Below are positions 1 to 10,957 of a stretch of 64,000 nt of DNA, piece by piece. Under the pieces are notes generated by a model, which saw nothing but the letters and a program-made list of their open reading frames with translations, was not told the DNA's origin and ran no database searches. The stretch spans positions 10,984,388-11,048,387 of the forward strand of contig CAJINV010000003.1 of the NCBI GenBank assembly GCA_905178155.1, written 5' to 3'. Every line of letters begins with the position of its first letter. The first letter of the stretch is position 1. Origin of the DNA: Amoebophrya sp. A120 (taxonomy: Eukaryota > Protista > Dinoflagellata). The position numbers and the translations under genes are program-made.

Positions 1-960
1 GAGCACGGGGAAAGCGGGAAGCACGGGGAAAGCGGGAAGCACGGGGAAGGCATTGGGCGCGGGGAAAACGGGAAGCAGGGGGGAGGCGCAAAGCAGGGGG
101 AAGGCGGGAAGCACGGGGAAAGCGGGAAGCAGCACGGGGAAAGCGGGAAGCACGGGGAAGGCGGGCGCGAGGCACGGGGGGCGGGGAGGGCCGGGAAGCA
201 TCGGCCCAAGGGGGCAGCCGCGCCCCAGCCAACAAGCACCAGGCCCGCAGGCGAGCAGCTGCCCACCACCCTCCCCCCGCGCCCTCCCTCTGTTCGCGGG
301 GGGACTGGAAGAGGCCACCACCGCCCGCCTCTCTGCCTGCCCGCCTCTCTTGGATCGAGGCTCGCTCGCTCGCTGCGCTCGAGGGGGGGCGGGGGCGGAA
401 CAGATTGCGCGCAAGCTAGCGCATGGGGCGCCGTAGCTGTCCGGGGGTGCGGGGGGAGGGTGGTGGGCCCCTGCGCCCGGAAAGAACTGAATGCCCTGCC
501 CCGGCGCCCGTCCTCGCTGGCTCTACCCAAGCGCGCGACAGGGGCCCAAGCGAGCCCTTGCCCGGCATGGCCGCGCGAAAGAAGGGCGGGTGGGCACCAA
601 GGCGCGCAGGAGCAGGGCGCGCCGGCAGGCGCAGGCGTCACAGACGGGCCACAAAGCAGACGCGCGGGCGGGGCGTGACGCGCGCGCCAGAGCCGCGCAT
701 AGCGCGGGCTGTTCTCCTGCTTCCTGCCTTCCCCCGCCCACTGGCACCCGCCCGCTTCCGCGCTTTGCGTTGTTGGGCCTAAGGCTTGCCGCCTCAGAAG
801 CGCGGGCCCAATACGGGCGGGGTCCTCGCGCCCACACAACGACGGGAACCACGGGCGCCAGAGGCTTGGGCTTGGCCCCGCCTTGCATCAAATTTTTTTT
901 CCCTTGCCCCCCCTCTGGCGTTTTTCTTTCCCCCCTGTCAACTCGTTCACCCTCCCACTG
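1..960. repeat. GC-rich repetitive segment, probably the right part of a non-autonomous element lying upstream of or inside the TDO gene; starts with tandem ~18-bp AGCACGGGGAAAGCGGGA units
   Basis: Tandem degenerate units at 1-165, extreme GC content, only low-complexity ORFs; ends ...CCCTCCCACTG (reverse complement CAGTGGG, hAT-like terminus). The left end is outside the window. Confidence 0.45.
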
Positions 961-1088
961 CGCGACATAAGCTGCGACCTTGTAAAGAGGTCCAATTTGT
1001 TGCAAGAATGCTGGACATCACCAATAATGTTGTGACATTTATTTGCTACATTGGAAGTAGAAGCAGTGCGAACGCGAAATTTTTGCAG

Positions 1089-1990
1089 TGAATACGCAAT
1101 TTGGAGAACCCGGCACGCCTCGATGGCGCATCGCATGATCGGAATCAAAATTGGCATATCAAACAAAAAAAGTAGTCATCAATGTTAACGGTTTTTCTTT
1201 TTCCACATTGCAGCCTCCATGCATTACTTCCATGCATACAAATTTGGGCCCCTTTTCTGGTGCGTTACTGCCTCTTCACAAATTCCGTTAACATTAACGC
1301 TTTTTCCTGTCATATGGCACTGGAGGCACATCAGGCGTGGAGTACTTGAATCGGGTAAAGCTTAACTTTTAAATGCCTCCTGCTGCTCTCACTTTCATTT
1401 ATGTCGTCCACTTGAAAGTCCATGTTTTGCTTCGTGTTTCGTGATGCGCCGAAAAAGAGACGATACCTCCATGCGCCAGCTTGTTGTATTAATTGAGTAA
1501 AATGATAGCAGCCTGGAAAATCATCCTAAATGTTGAAATTGAAGAAAATCTATGCGTACTATGACAGGCCGCCACAGAAAACAAAGCGTTCAAAGATTTG
1601 TGGAGCTTGTCAACCTACCTGGTCCCGGCCTCCGCTCTTCCGGAGCTTCCGCGGGACCTGCGCTACCGCATCGGGTTTCTTCATGATTACCTCGTGAACG
1701 AAGCTCCCTCCCCGCAGTTCTCGCCGCTGGTGAATTGCAAGAACCTGCGACGGATGACTGAGCAAGAGGATAGTGCCCCCTCTAGGCCAGGGGGAGGAGG
1801 GTCTGTGGAGTTTTCCCCGAGCTCACGAGAGTTCAGACTAGAGGAAAAGGTCGACCATGCTGGGAACAAAGAACTACTACAACCTAAGAGCGGTTTTCTT
1901 GAAGATAGTGCGGAACCCGCTCCCGGTCTGGGAGAATCTGAAAATGACGAGCTTGCAAACATGGGCGGATGTCCCTTCAGGCGGTATTGA
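1089..1990 (+). CDS. TDO2: Tryptophan 2,3-dioxygenase, 3' exons (partial; exons ~1089-1156, 1320-1354, 1568-1990)
   Basis: Spliced translation EYAIWRTRHASMAHRMIGIKIG|TGGTSGVEYLNR|AATENKAFKDLWSLSTYLVP matches the TDO C-terminal signature (WRxxH..MVHRMLGxKxGTGGSSG..YL..FxDLxxLSTYLIP). Intron 1355-1567 is GT-AG. Confidence 0.85.
1157..1314. mobile_element. Introner-like TIR insert in TDO exon
   Basis: TAT...ATA ends, internal inverted repeat AATGTTAACGG/CCGTTAACATT, 5-bp direct repeat TGGCA (1152-1156, 1315-1319). Precise removal restores the invariant KIG-TGGTSG motif. Confidence 0.85.
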
Positions 1991-2520
1991 AAAGAAGAGT
2001 CAGTCTGACGTTGGAAACATACAAAAGTCAATGAACCTGAACAAAGCAGGTGTCATGATTTTCGGGAACGATCACATTGAGAACACAGATCGCGAACCAC
2101 AAGCATTCAATTCATCACGCCGCGGCCACGGCATCAGGCAGGAGCGATGTAGTTGGTCATTGCTGCGGTGACACCAGGTTTATTCCTCTGTTGATGCCCG
2201 CTTTGGTTTACATCGTGTTTACTCGAGGGAGCAAAAGCAAGAATTTGAATTTGCGAGCCAGAATTTGAATTCTGTGTTTTTCGTTCTGCCCTTTGGAAGT
2301 GACGGAAGCGCACTCTTGATCACCCAGCTGGCGTTTCGCACTCCGAGAGGCGCGATCATCTGTATCCGAGAGCATTTGAACGGAGTGCGGCAGACAAGAA
2401 TCAAGTTGCCTGCTCTTCTTGAGGTTGAGTCTGAGTGTGGTTGGAGCTGAAAAGGGACTGTCTGCACAGTCAGTATCTATTGCTCGTTGTATCCTCTGAA
2501 ATAAAGCAAGAGAAGAAAAG

Positions 2521-5500
2521 ATGGCGACCCAGTTAAAGCAGATCGTTGAGCTGCTGAATGCGGAGCCCTTTCATGCCGATTTGTCCCTCGTCGCCTTTGA
2601 CGAGAAGGATGGCGTGGAGCTGCTCGAAGTGCTCAAGAAAGTGCTCGCGCATCTTGACAGTAAAAAAATCGAGGAGCAGCTTTTCTTGTGCTGGTTGCAG
2701 TTTATTGTTTTTTCGATTTCGTTGTACCACAGCATATTGATTTGCGTTTACTTTTTACGTCATACATCATACGTTTGTCATGAAGATGAAGAAATGTTGA
2801 CAATGAATAAAAAAACAGTATTTTTTGCTCCTGTGCAGGTTCTGGAAAGTTCGAGGTGGACTTGCGAGAGGAGACGCCGGAAGGGATGTGCCAGCGATTT
2901 ACAGAGTACCTGCACCTCCTGGGCTACCAGTGCAACTACGACATGGAATTTCAGCAGGGATTGATGCTCGGCGAAAAGCGCGTGGTAAACGGTATCCTCT
3001 GGTGGCTGTTGACAAACCTGGAGAGCCTGAAGAAACGCAGCTTCCTGGCGCATTTTTGTGTGAATCTCGAAGTCCCAGAAGAAATTCTCCGGGATGAGTC
3101 CGTCTTTGAACTGTAAGCGCCCTCCACTTACTGGTCTTCTCTTCATCTTCACGTGGCTGGAAAGACTGCTGTGTCACCACGATGTTTTCTCCTTGTTATG
3201 AAAATCAAATGGGTTTGTTTCGTTTTTCGTTTTCGTACAGGGTGCTGTCTTAGACGACAGGACCTTTAAGAGCGCAAAGGTGCTTGCTCAATATTGTGAT
3301 TTCTCAACATCATAAGTAATGCAGCGACGTACAGCACCGACAACATACGACCACGGTCATCATCTTTCAGGTATCAAGCGTACAAGGAGCTTCAGTCACA
3401 GTTTAAGACCACCCACGCCCACTTGGAGCAGCTGCGCGCGCAGAAACAGCACCCTGGCGACTTGCAGTATGGCGTTCTCAACGACCGTTTCAGTCTCAAC
3501 TGGTACATGATTAATTTGCCATGCAAGGATTTGGCAAAAGTGCAAGGCGGAAGATTGCGCCTTTTGCATTTTACAAGTTTGACGCAGATTATGACGCTAT
3601 CTAGTGCGGCGAGAACTTGTCACGTGAAGCTAGCAGCTTGATCCTGTCGATATGTGTTGCAATTTTGCATGACGTCGAATCCACTATACAGCCGAGAGTG
3701 TAACGGTTGAGAACGTCGCCATATGCAGAGAGAAGTCCAGCAACTTGCAGCGGAGTCCGACCAGTTGACCCAGAAAATTGGGTCCTTTCGCCAGAAATCC
3801 TCGAACACGGCCGGGTTTCAGAATCTACTGCACATCACGTCGTTATGGATGCGTCAGGCTTTGGAAATTGCCAAATAAATAAATGGAAATATTAATGATC
3901 TGTCAAAGCGATAACAGCTCCTGGAGGGCCGCCAGAACCAGTAATTTCTAACTCACTCATAACATCAGACTCGGGTGCAGGAGCTGGACCTTCTTCTATA
4001 AATAGAATCATTTTTATTTTCATGCTGTTTGCCTTTGCGCGAACTACAACCAGATGAACGAAGCCGGATCATTCTGTGCTCTTGGAGAACAGCGCCCTTC
4101 GTAACCCTCTGCAGGCTCACAACCTGCTTTACTTGTCTCCTTTACAACGAAGACACTTTATTTGTGTCGTGTGCTCCCATTTTAGATACGCATTATCCAT
4201 GTTGTTGATTTGTAACCAACGGCCTGAGGCTCCGATAGTCGCTGCTACGAAAAGAACAGGAGGAAGAAGCCAGGCTCACGGACCGACTGGTCGAGCAGAA
4301 GATTGCGCTGGAACAGACCGAGCATTTGTTTCTGGAAAAGTCCCGGCGTGTGCATGAGCTACGGCAAGCTCAGGCGTCAGAGCCGTCTAACAGCGCGGAG
4401 GCGATGTTGAAGGTACTCCGCATTGAGACGCAGCGCAACAAAGATGCCGAAGCGCGGCTGCTGCGGGAGCGAGAGGAAAAGCTAAAGCGGATGCAAGTGA
4501 TTGAGATCTCCCTACAAGAGCCAGCCGCAACGCAGAGCATGGTGATGGAAGTGCAAACGGAATGCGCGCACATGGAGCAGCAATGCGAGCACCTGGAGGC
4601 GCAGCTGGAAAGTCAGAATGCCACCGACTCCAAGCTCACTGTGTACAAGCAGCAAGCTATGCATTTTGCAATACTCGTCTCCATTGCGCCATCGCACAAC
4701 TTAGTGGAAATCGGAATCGCATATGCATAGACCGCAATGCAGGAGCTTTCGATTTTGTTATCAAGATGATTTAAGTTGCACTTGCACAAAAAAGGTCTCA
4801 CTGAGACCAGGTAAACAAGGACTGAGTCAGTTCTACTGCAATACAGAGTAGAACTGAGTCAGTTCTACTCTGTATTGCAATTCACTATTCGAGTGCGATT
4901 CTTTTCTCGCACGGGATACAGGCAAGCTTAGTGCAAAAGAAAAAGGATATGGTCCAGGGGGAGCTGCAAAAATTGGTAGAGGAAAGGGACGCTCTGGCAC
5001 AGCAGATCGCACAAAAGGAAAAAGAGTACTACTTGATCTTACTAACTTCATCCAAACATAACTTACTTGATTTTTGGAGTATTGATGCGCGGCTGATTCT
5101 TTCTTCAGCAGCGCGACAAGAGATTGCACCCGCTACTTTTGAATTCGCGTGAAATAAACTGCAAGATCTAGTACTTCCAATCTGCACTGGTAGTCGATGT
5201 TGAAAAATCCCATGGATGAACAGGTATGAGGCGAAGCAAGGCCATAAGTTCATGAAGCGCGACGATTTCAAAGCCTACGCAGGAAGCCTTCGGGAAAAGA
5301 GCAACCTCTTTAAGAAGCAGAAAGAAGAGCTGAACGGCTGGAGGAGCGAGGTATTATATGAAACAGAAACTCAAAGAGCACAAAGAACAACCTCTACCTA
5401 CTACATCCATGCACTCGTACACTTGGAAAACTATGTTGTATCTGCAAACGCGACTCTTACTTTAATTTTTCTGAAATGTAGTACTAGTATCGTTTTTGTT

Positions 5501-6876
5501 GGGCATGGGCATCAGCTGACTCTGCTCGGTCCTCGGCAGCTCCTGGAGGTTTGTTCATTGTACTCAAACAAAGAAGAGATCAACCCGCCTCAATATTGAT
5601 ATTCTGAGTTTCGGAACTGAAATATTAGTACCTACATGATAATTCTTCCTCAACGCCAGGTAGCGGTCCTAACGCGGACGCTGCAGATACTTAACGCTCA
5701 GCACCCGCTTCCAGCCGATGTGCGACAGAACGAAGCGGCGATCGCTATGGCTTTCTCAAACGTTGCACTGCTTGCTGTCGCTTCAGTTTTGCTTGATTTG
5801 TCCCACAGAAGCGGAACGTTCTGTGTCCCATTCTGCATGAAGAGCGAGGTATTTCTTGCGACACGCTTCCAAGGCTCGGCTCAGTAGCAGGGTTATCTGT
5901 GCCGAGATTGTCATGTTGGAAGCGCGAGCTGCCCCTTTTTGTTTTTGCGAGCAAAAGTTACATCAACGTAAACTCATTGAGAACGCCATAATCGCCGTCA
6001 CGAGTGTGGCGAAAGCGGAAGCAGATTCGGCAAAGGGAAAATCTATGGATGAACTGTCCGACATTATCAAACAGATTACAACGCAACTCCGCGAACAGAA
6101 AAACAAGCTTGCGCCGCAGATCAAGGAGCTCAGGTACAAATTTCAATGAAAGCACAGCCCGTGATCGACGCGGTCGACCTGTTTATACTTTTCTGCGTCC
6201 CCTTTCAACGGGAAAAGGGTACGGGCGGCTAGCTCAACAAATGTCCTCACAAATGCAGATGAAGTCGATCACATCAGAAGAAAGATGAGGCGAGCGGTAG
6301 AAACAACAAAATGACTTTACTGACTCGAAAATTGTATAAATGAGGATGGTGCGGCAGCAATTTGCTGGAGTGGAGCAGCAACATTCGGATTTGAAGGCCA
6401 AGTATGACGAGGCGAAGCTGGCCGTCGACGCGGACCTGAACCGCGTAAACGGCGAGGTGACGAGTATGCAGGAGGAGGTGAACGGCCTGGAGCGGAAGTA
6501 CCACGAACTCCAGACCGACCTGTCCGCGTCGGAAAACCGGCTTGGTCGCGTACACAAGGAAGCCAAGCAGCTCCGGGACGCGCCGCACGTCAGCCTCACA
6601 ACGCAGTACAACAACGCCCTGACGAAGATGGAGCAGCAGTCGCGGGAGCTACGGCAAAAGCAAAAGCACGTCAAGGAGACGCACGAAGAAAGCGTGCAAC
6701 AAAAGCAGATTTTCGCGCAGCTGGAAGCGTTGATGGACATCAAGCTGAAAGTGACCAGCAACTACGAAAATCCAAATACCGGGAATCTCTACGGCGCACA
6801 CTCGGTGGACTACGGCATGCGCCCAGCAATTGACATGTCGCAGGGAACGGTGAATCGCATCGTCATTGGTGATTAG
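2521..6876 (+). CDS. IFT81: Intraflagellar transport protein 81 (10 exons)
   Basis: MATQLKQIVELLNAEPF..VDLREETPE..WLLTNLESLKKRSFLAHF..LEVPEE..KQQASLVQKKK..KGKSMDELS..LAPQIKELR follows IFT81 along its length. Introns: 2660-2838, 3113-3370, 5026-5223, 5351-5659, 6134-6344 (GT-AG); 4656-4921 (GC-AG); three non-canonical TIR inserts. Confidence 0.93.
3468..3723. mobile_element. Introner-like TIR insert (family A, TATGGCGTTCTCAA) in IFT81
   Basis: Left TATGGCGTTCTCAAC, right GTTGAGAACGTCGCCATA; direct repeat TGCAG on both sides. Excision gives DLQ|REVQQL. Confidence 0.88.
3844..4237. mobile_element. Introner-like TIR insert (family B, TATGGATGCGTCAGG) in IFT81
   Basis: Left TATGGATGCGTCAGGC, right GCCTGAGGCTCCGATA; direct repeat GTCGT/GTCGC. 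Excision gives HITS|LLRKEQE. Confidence 0.8.
5746..5990. mobile_element. Introner-like TIR insert (family A) in IFT81
   Basis: Left TATGGCTTTCTCAA, right TTGAGAACGCCATA; direct repeat ATCGC. Excision gives EAAIA|VTSVAKAE. Confidence 0.88.
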
Positions 6877-7874
6877 AAGTCGAGCAGTAGTTTCTGCGCA
6901 GATAGATTTTCGCATGTTCTTTTCTGCTCGTGCATCTGAAGAAACGGACCCGAGCTGCACGCTCATCATGCCGCGCGCTTTGCAAGAGCAAGCAAGACCT
7001 GCGGTAAAGCAACCGCATACAGATCGTCGACCGATCATGCATCTTCGGCGAGGTGGTCGCTGTAGTATGTTGGCAGCAACGCAACTGCTTCTCATCCATT
7101 TTGAGCTGCGACACGGTACTTGCGTGTTCGTGTTACGTGCTTTCCTGTGATCTTCATGTTAGCCGGTCAAATCTGAAATGGTCGCTGCGATCGTGTTTTA
7201 CCGTTTCTTTGCCTGCTGTACGGAATCCCTCATCAGTCAGTTTCCCAATATTTAAAATGGTAAAGATGTTTCAGGGTTTAGGCTATCCACATTTGAAATG
7301 GTAAAGATGGGGATGACATGACCCCGTCCTCGGCCGGTCTAGATTTATGTTGGTGTAAAGTGCCTAAGATCTAATAAGATCCACAACGCGAACGCGTTAG
7401 ATCTGTGAGTTCCAGGCTGGTGAACCGGTACCCTTGTCCTCTTGGAACGCGATGTCACATTTCTAAGCGAGCACTCCCATCCTGTGGTCCTCACTAGGTC
7501 TACTTCATCGGGTAGAGAGGAGCTTGATGGTGAGACGGCAATGGCTGAAGTGTTTTTCTATTCTTGCGCGCATAGCTAATTAACGACAAGAGAAAAACAA
7601 AAGATAACCAAACAAAACAAACAGGTAACAATGCCCCTTCCTCAGAAACAAAAACTAGAAAAACAGTTCGCATGCGTGACACTTTTGTATTCCCCCTAAA
7701 ATCTCAAAACTTGACATGTATGTTGGTGCACTATCATACTAGCAACGTATGCTTCGCCTGTAGAAGTGTGAAAAAAAATTAAGTTATTCCGCTAGATCGA
7801 AAAACAAAAAAAAGAACCAGAACAGGAATTCTAAAACTCCTGTTCTGTTTCAGTTGGTGTCGTTCTTTCTGCCA

Positions 7875-8125
7875 GGTCGGACTTCGGGTTGGAGTGCCCG
7901 CCATCAGTTCGGTAAATAGCGAACTGATGGCGGGGACCTGGTCGGGCCTCGGGGTGGAGTGCCCGCCATCAGTTCGCTATAGCGCAAGCTGATGGCGGGC
8001 AGCTGGTCGAGCCTCGGGCTGAGGTGCCCGGGGACCGGGTCGGACCTCGGGGTGGGGCGCCCGCCATCAGTTTGCTATATAGCGAATTGATGGCGGGCAG
8101 CTGGTCGAGCCTCGGGTTGGGGCGC
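7875..8125. repeat. Palindromic minisatellite (three hairpin units with similar linkers)
   Basis: CCCGCCATCAGTTCG-N8-CGAACTGATGGCGGG and two variants, separated by GGTCGRRCYTCGGGKTGGRG-type linkers. Confidence 0.85.
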
Positions 8126-8971
8126 CAGCTGTTGAAGATTTTGAAAGCCTGAGGCGTCGCATTTTCTGCCAGCGCCGAACACGCTTGCTCTATCCAGCTT
8201 TCACCGCCTTGCTTGCTTTTGCTGTTGCTTGAGCAATTCAAAAGCTCGAGCTTTTAATTCAAAAGCTCGAGCTTTTCAAATTCTGCCGTTGGCGTTCTGC
8301 TGCACGCTTTGCCTTTCTCTTGCTTGCAATTTTCATTTTTTACTTTTAGCTTTTACTTTTTAGTTTTTGTTTTAGCCTTTACCCTCCCGCCAAACCAGAG
8401 GCAAGAAAGGAGAGAAAACCGGCTATGGCTCGGGTTTTCAAGAACAGAAAATGCTGCTCGAGATCACAAGCAAGGCTTCAGAACCTCGGTCGTACATCGT
8501 GACAAATGAGAGATGCTGAGCACAACAGGAAAGAATCGGATTCGAAATCGTACACAGTCGTTAAATCGTTCACCATCGCAGATCGGCAAATCGTAGAGAG
8601 GCAAGCACTCGGTGAGAGAAGGGGACCAGACGCGAAGGAGAGTTTTTCCTTTTCCTTTTATAACCGGGGGCTCCGAAGGCAGCGGAGGTACCGTTTTAGA
8701 ACAGGAGGAGCCGCGAGCGGGGGAAACAGGTGTAGAGAGGCAACCACACCTCTCTGTCGTATTCCTTGCAACAAGCATCTCACACCCATATCGCATGCGC
8801 AGTTCTCGCACGGCGAACCCAGAACTGACCCCACCGTCGCTTCCTTCCTTCGGAGGAACTAGCAAGGAGCTTGAGCATTAGCGTTCTGCTTTGTAATCGA
8901 AATATCACTGAAATTGAAAATAAGTTCTAGAATAATTAGCGATTTTGTTGGTGTTGCAACAGCGTTCGAAA

Positions 8972-10957
8972 ATGGATTTCGCACAACAGCAGGATTTGGT
9001 CGCGCGGGCGATCCAGGTGATCCAGGACCTGGCACAACAGCAGCCACACTGTGTGTCAGCATCAGGAGCCCGCACGCAACGCCGGCCAACAAACTCAACC
9101 ACATCGAACCAGCAGTACCACCCCACCAATTTTGGAACGGACCTATGGCGCCACCACCAACACCCAAGTACGCACCAGCTCTTCGTGCCACAGCTCCACC
9201 CCTTCTCCTACCCGATTCTCGCACCGGGAGAAGTGCAGACCGACCTTGACAGACGCAATAGAAACAGGCAGCCGGAGCGCTCCCGGGCCCGGGATCACAC
9301 TGCAGCGTCCCGCTCCAGATCGCGCGGCGCTCGACGAGTATCTCGACGCCGCTCCACCTCTCGGGACCGAACTCCGTCCGGGAGGAGGAACGACAAGCAA
9401 CAGCAGCGGGAGCAGGGAAGCGACCGTCGCGAGACAACGCCCACTAACAATGCGTCCACGTATGCCGGGGGAAACAAATGGGTTGCGGAATGGGAGCTGC
9501 GGCACTTCCTGCAGCGCCGGGCAAAGACGGTTTGGATGGCAAACCGCAACGACATGGGACGTTTCCTGTGTGCGGAAGCCTTCCAAAAGTATGGAGTCCG
9601 CCACAAGGATATGAAAAATATCCTGAAGAAGAACATGGCGAAGTTCATCTACGACCACGTCCCAAAAGAACGCTACGGAGAAATGCGGAAGCCTTCCCGG
9701 GTGGCTGAGCGTGTTCGGAGCAGGAGTAGGCGCAGGGCGGAAAACTCCGTGCCGAGGACCACTAAAAGGAAACGAAGCGAAACCCCCGACAAGCCTGCGA
9801 CCCGGGCTAACACTGCTGCTAAGCCCCGGGCGGCGAAAGCGACCGACAAGGAGGGGAAAAAGAAGAAACAGGAGGTGATTGAGTTGTCGTCCTCCTCTAG
9901 CTCCTCGTCTTCTTCTAGTAGTAGCGAATCGGAACAGGCAGCGCCGCCAACTAAGAACAGGCGCAGTCGGGCCCCGGTGTCGGAACAGGAGAGACCAGGC
10001 AGGGGTGACCGGCGACCCCCCGGGACGGAGCGGACACGAGCAGCAACCGAAAAGGCGCATATCAAAGGGGTTACGAAAGAAGACTTAGAGCGCACGATGT
10101 GCGAAATTTCCATCTGGGTAGACGCGCAGGCCATGGGGGCGCACATCAAGAAGAAGCTGCGACTGCAGGGCGGCGAGGCCAAGCAGCTCCTGGGGGAGAC
10201 AGTTGCGAAATGGCAAGAGCGGGCTAGGCTAGCCCACCCACCCTCCGAGGAAGAAATCCGGGATGTCCGCACGAAGCTGCAGACAAACAGGGCCCGGATA
10301 TCAGAAATTGCCACTATCAGCGAATTCACGAACTACCTCGAAGATAGTCTGGCGATCCCGTGGCGCCTCCTAGAGGCGGCGATGAGTCGCCGGGCGACTT
10401 GGGTGTTGCGTGACATCCGGGACGGGCTCTTCGAGGAGGGATCGTGCATCGAGATCCGCGAGTGCGGCAGTAACGGGAATTGCCTGTGCAACAGCCTCTG
10501 CTGGCAGCTTAGCGTGGAGACGAACGGACAAGCCACCTGGACGCCGGACGGACTTCGCAACGCAGTGGCGGACTTCCTTGCAGGCAACCAAGACGCTACC
10601 CATATTGGAGGGCGGACCTTCGAGCAGATTCTTCTGAACGAAGAAAAGCCCGACAACGTCCCTTTCGGCGCAACGTATGCGTACGCCATTGCGAAATTGC
10701 GGGAGCGCCGAAGCTGGGCAGGGGAACTCGAGCTGACCATCGCCTCTCAAATTCTCAAAAAAGATGTCAAGGTGTGGACGCGGTGGCAAAACGCAGAAAC
10801 CGATCAGCAGTATTCCCAGACGGAAGAACATCAGTGCAGCGGCTTCACCACGCTGCCGACGACCGAACTCCGGGCGTCGCGGTATGGAGCCCACGGGGGG
10901 GAGGCGCTAGGACTCTTCTATGACGCCGAACACTGGCGGGCCGCGAAACTAAACTGA
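8972..10957 (+). CDS. Retrotransposon ORF1: basic R/S/K-rich region plus C-terminal OTU-like cysteine protease
   Basis: First ATG at 8972. From ~10445: IRECGSNGNCLCNSLCWQL..LRNAVADFL..WAGELELTIASQIL..LFYDAEHW, matching the OTU Cys loop (D/NGNC), the WGGxxEL helix and the His loop. Confidence 0.8.
   Translation: MDFAQQQDLVARAIQVIQDLAQQQPHCVSASGARTQRRPTNSTTSNQQYHPTNFGTDLWRHHQHPSTHQLFVPQLHPFSYPILAPGEVQTDLDRRNRNRQPERSRARDHTAASRSRSRGARRVSRRRSTSRDRTPSGRRNDKQQQREQGSDRRETTPTNNASTYAGGNKWVAEWELRHFLQRRAKTVWMANRNDMGRFLCAEAFQKYGVRHKDMKNILKKNMAKFIYDHVPKERYGEMRKPSRVAERVRSRSRRRAENSVPRTTKRKRSETPDKPATRANTAAKPRAAKATDKEGKKKKQEVIELSSSSSSSSSSSSSESEQAAPPTKNRRSRAPVSEQERPGRGDRRPPGTERTRAATEKAHIKGVTKEDLERTMCEISIWVDAQAMGAHIKKKLRLQGGEAKQLLGETVAKWQERARLAHPPSEEEIRDVRTKLQTNRARISEIATISEFTNYLEDSLAIPWRLLEAAMSRRATWVLRDIRDGLFEEGSCIEIRECGSNGNCLCNSLCWQLSVETNGQATWTPDGLRNAVADFLAGNQDATHIGGRTFEQILLNEEKPDNVPFGATYAYAIAKLRERRSWAGELELTIASQILKKDVKVWTRWQNAETDQQYSQTEEHQCSGFTTLPTTELRASRYGAHGGEALGLFYDAEHWRAAKLN

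Noticed and set aside
3467-3728. Off-by-one GT/GC-AG pairs at four introners (3467-3728, 3839-4238, 50651-50781, 51878-51991) suggesting canonical splicing plus G re-addition
   Set aside because: The pattern arises whenever G borders TAT/ATA, and other inserts (ATCGC, TGGCA, CGGCT repeats) show no such pair, so it cannot be the general rule.
7875-8125. Repeat-spacer pattern resembling a CRISPR array
   Set aside because: The spacers are near-identical to each other, there are only three units, there are no cas genes, and the context is eukaryotic.
8382-8460. HDV-like ribozyme / Pr77 signature at the retrotransposon 5' end
   Set aside because: Only the initial CCCT and one small hairpin (GAAAACC..GGTTTTC) are visible; I could not build the nested double pseudoknot by eye.
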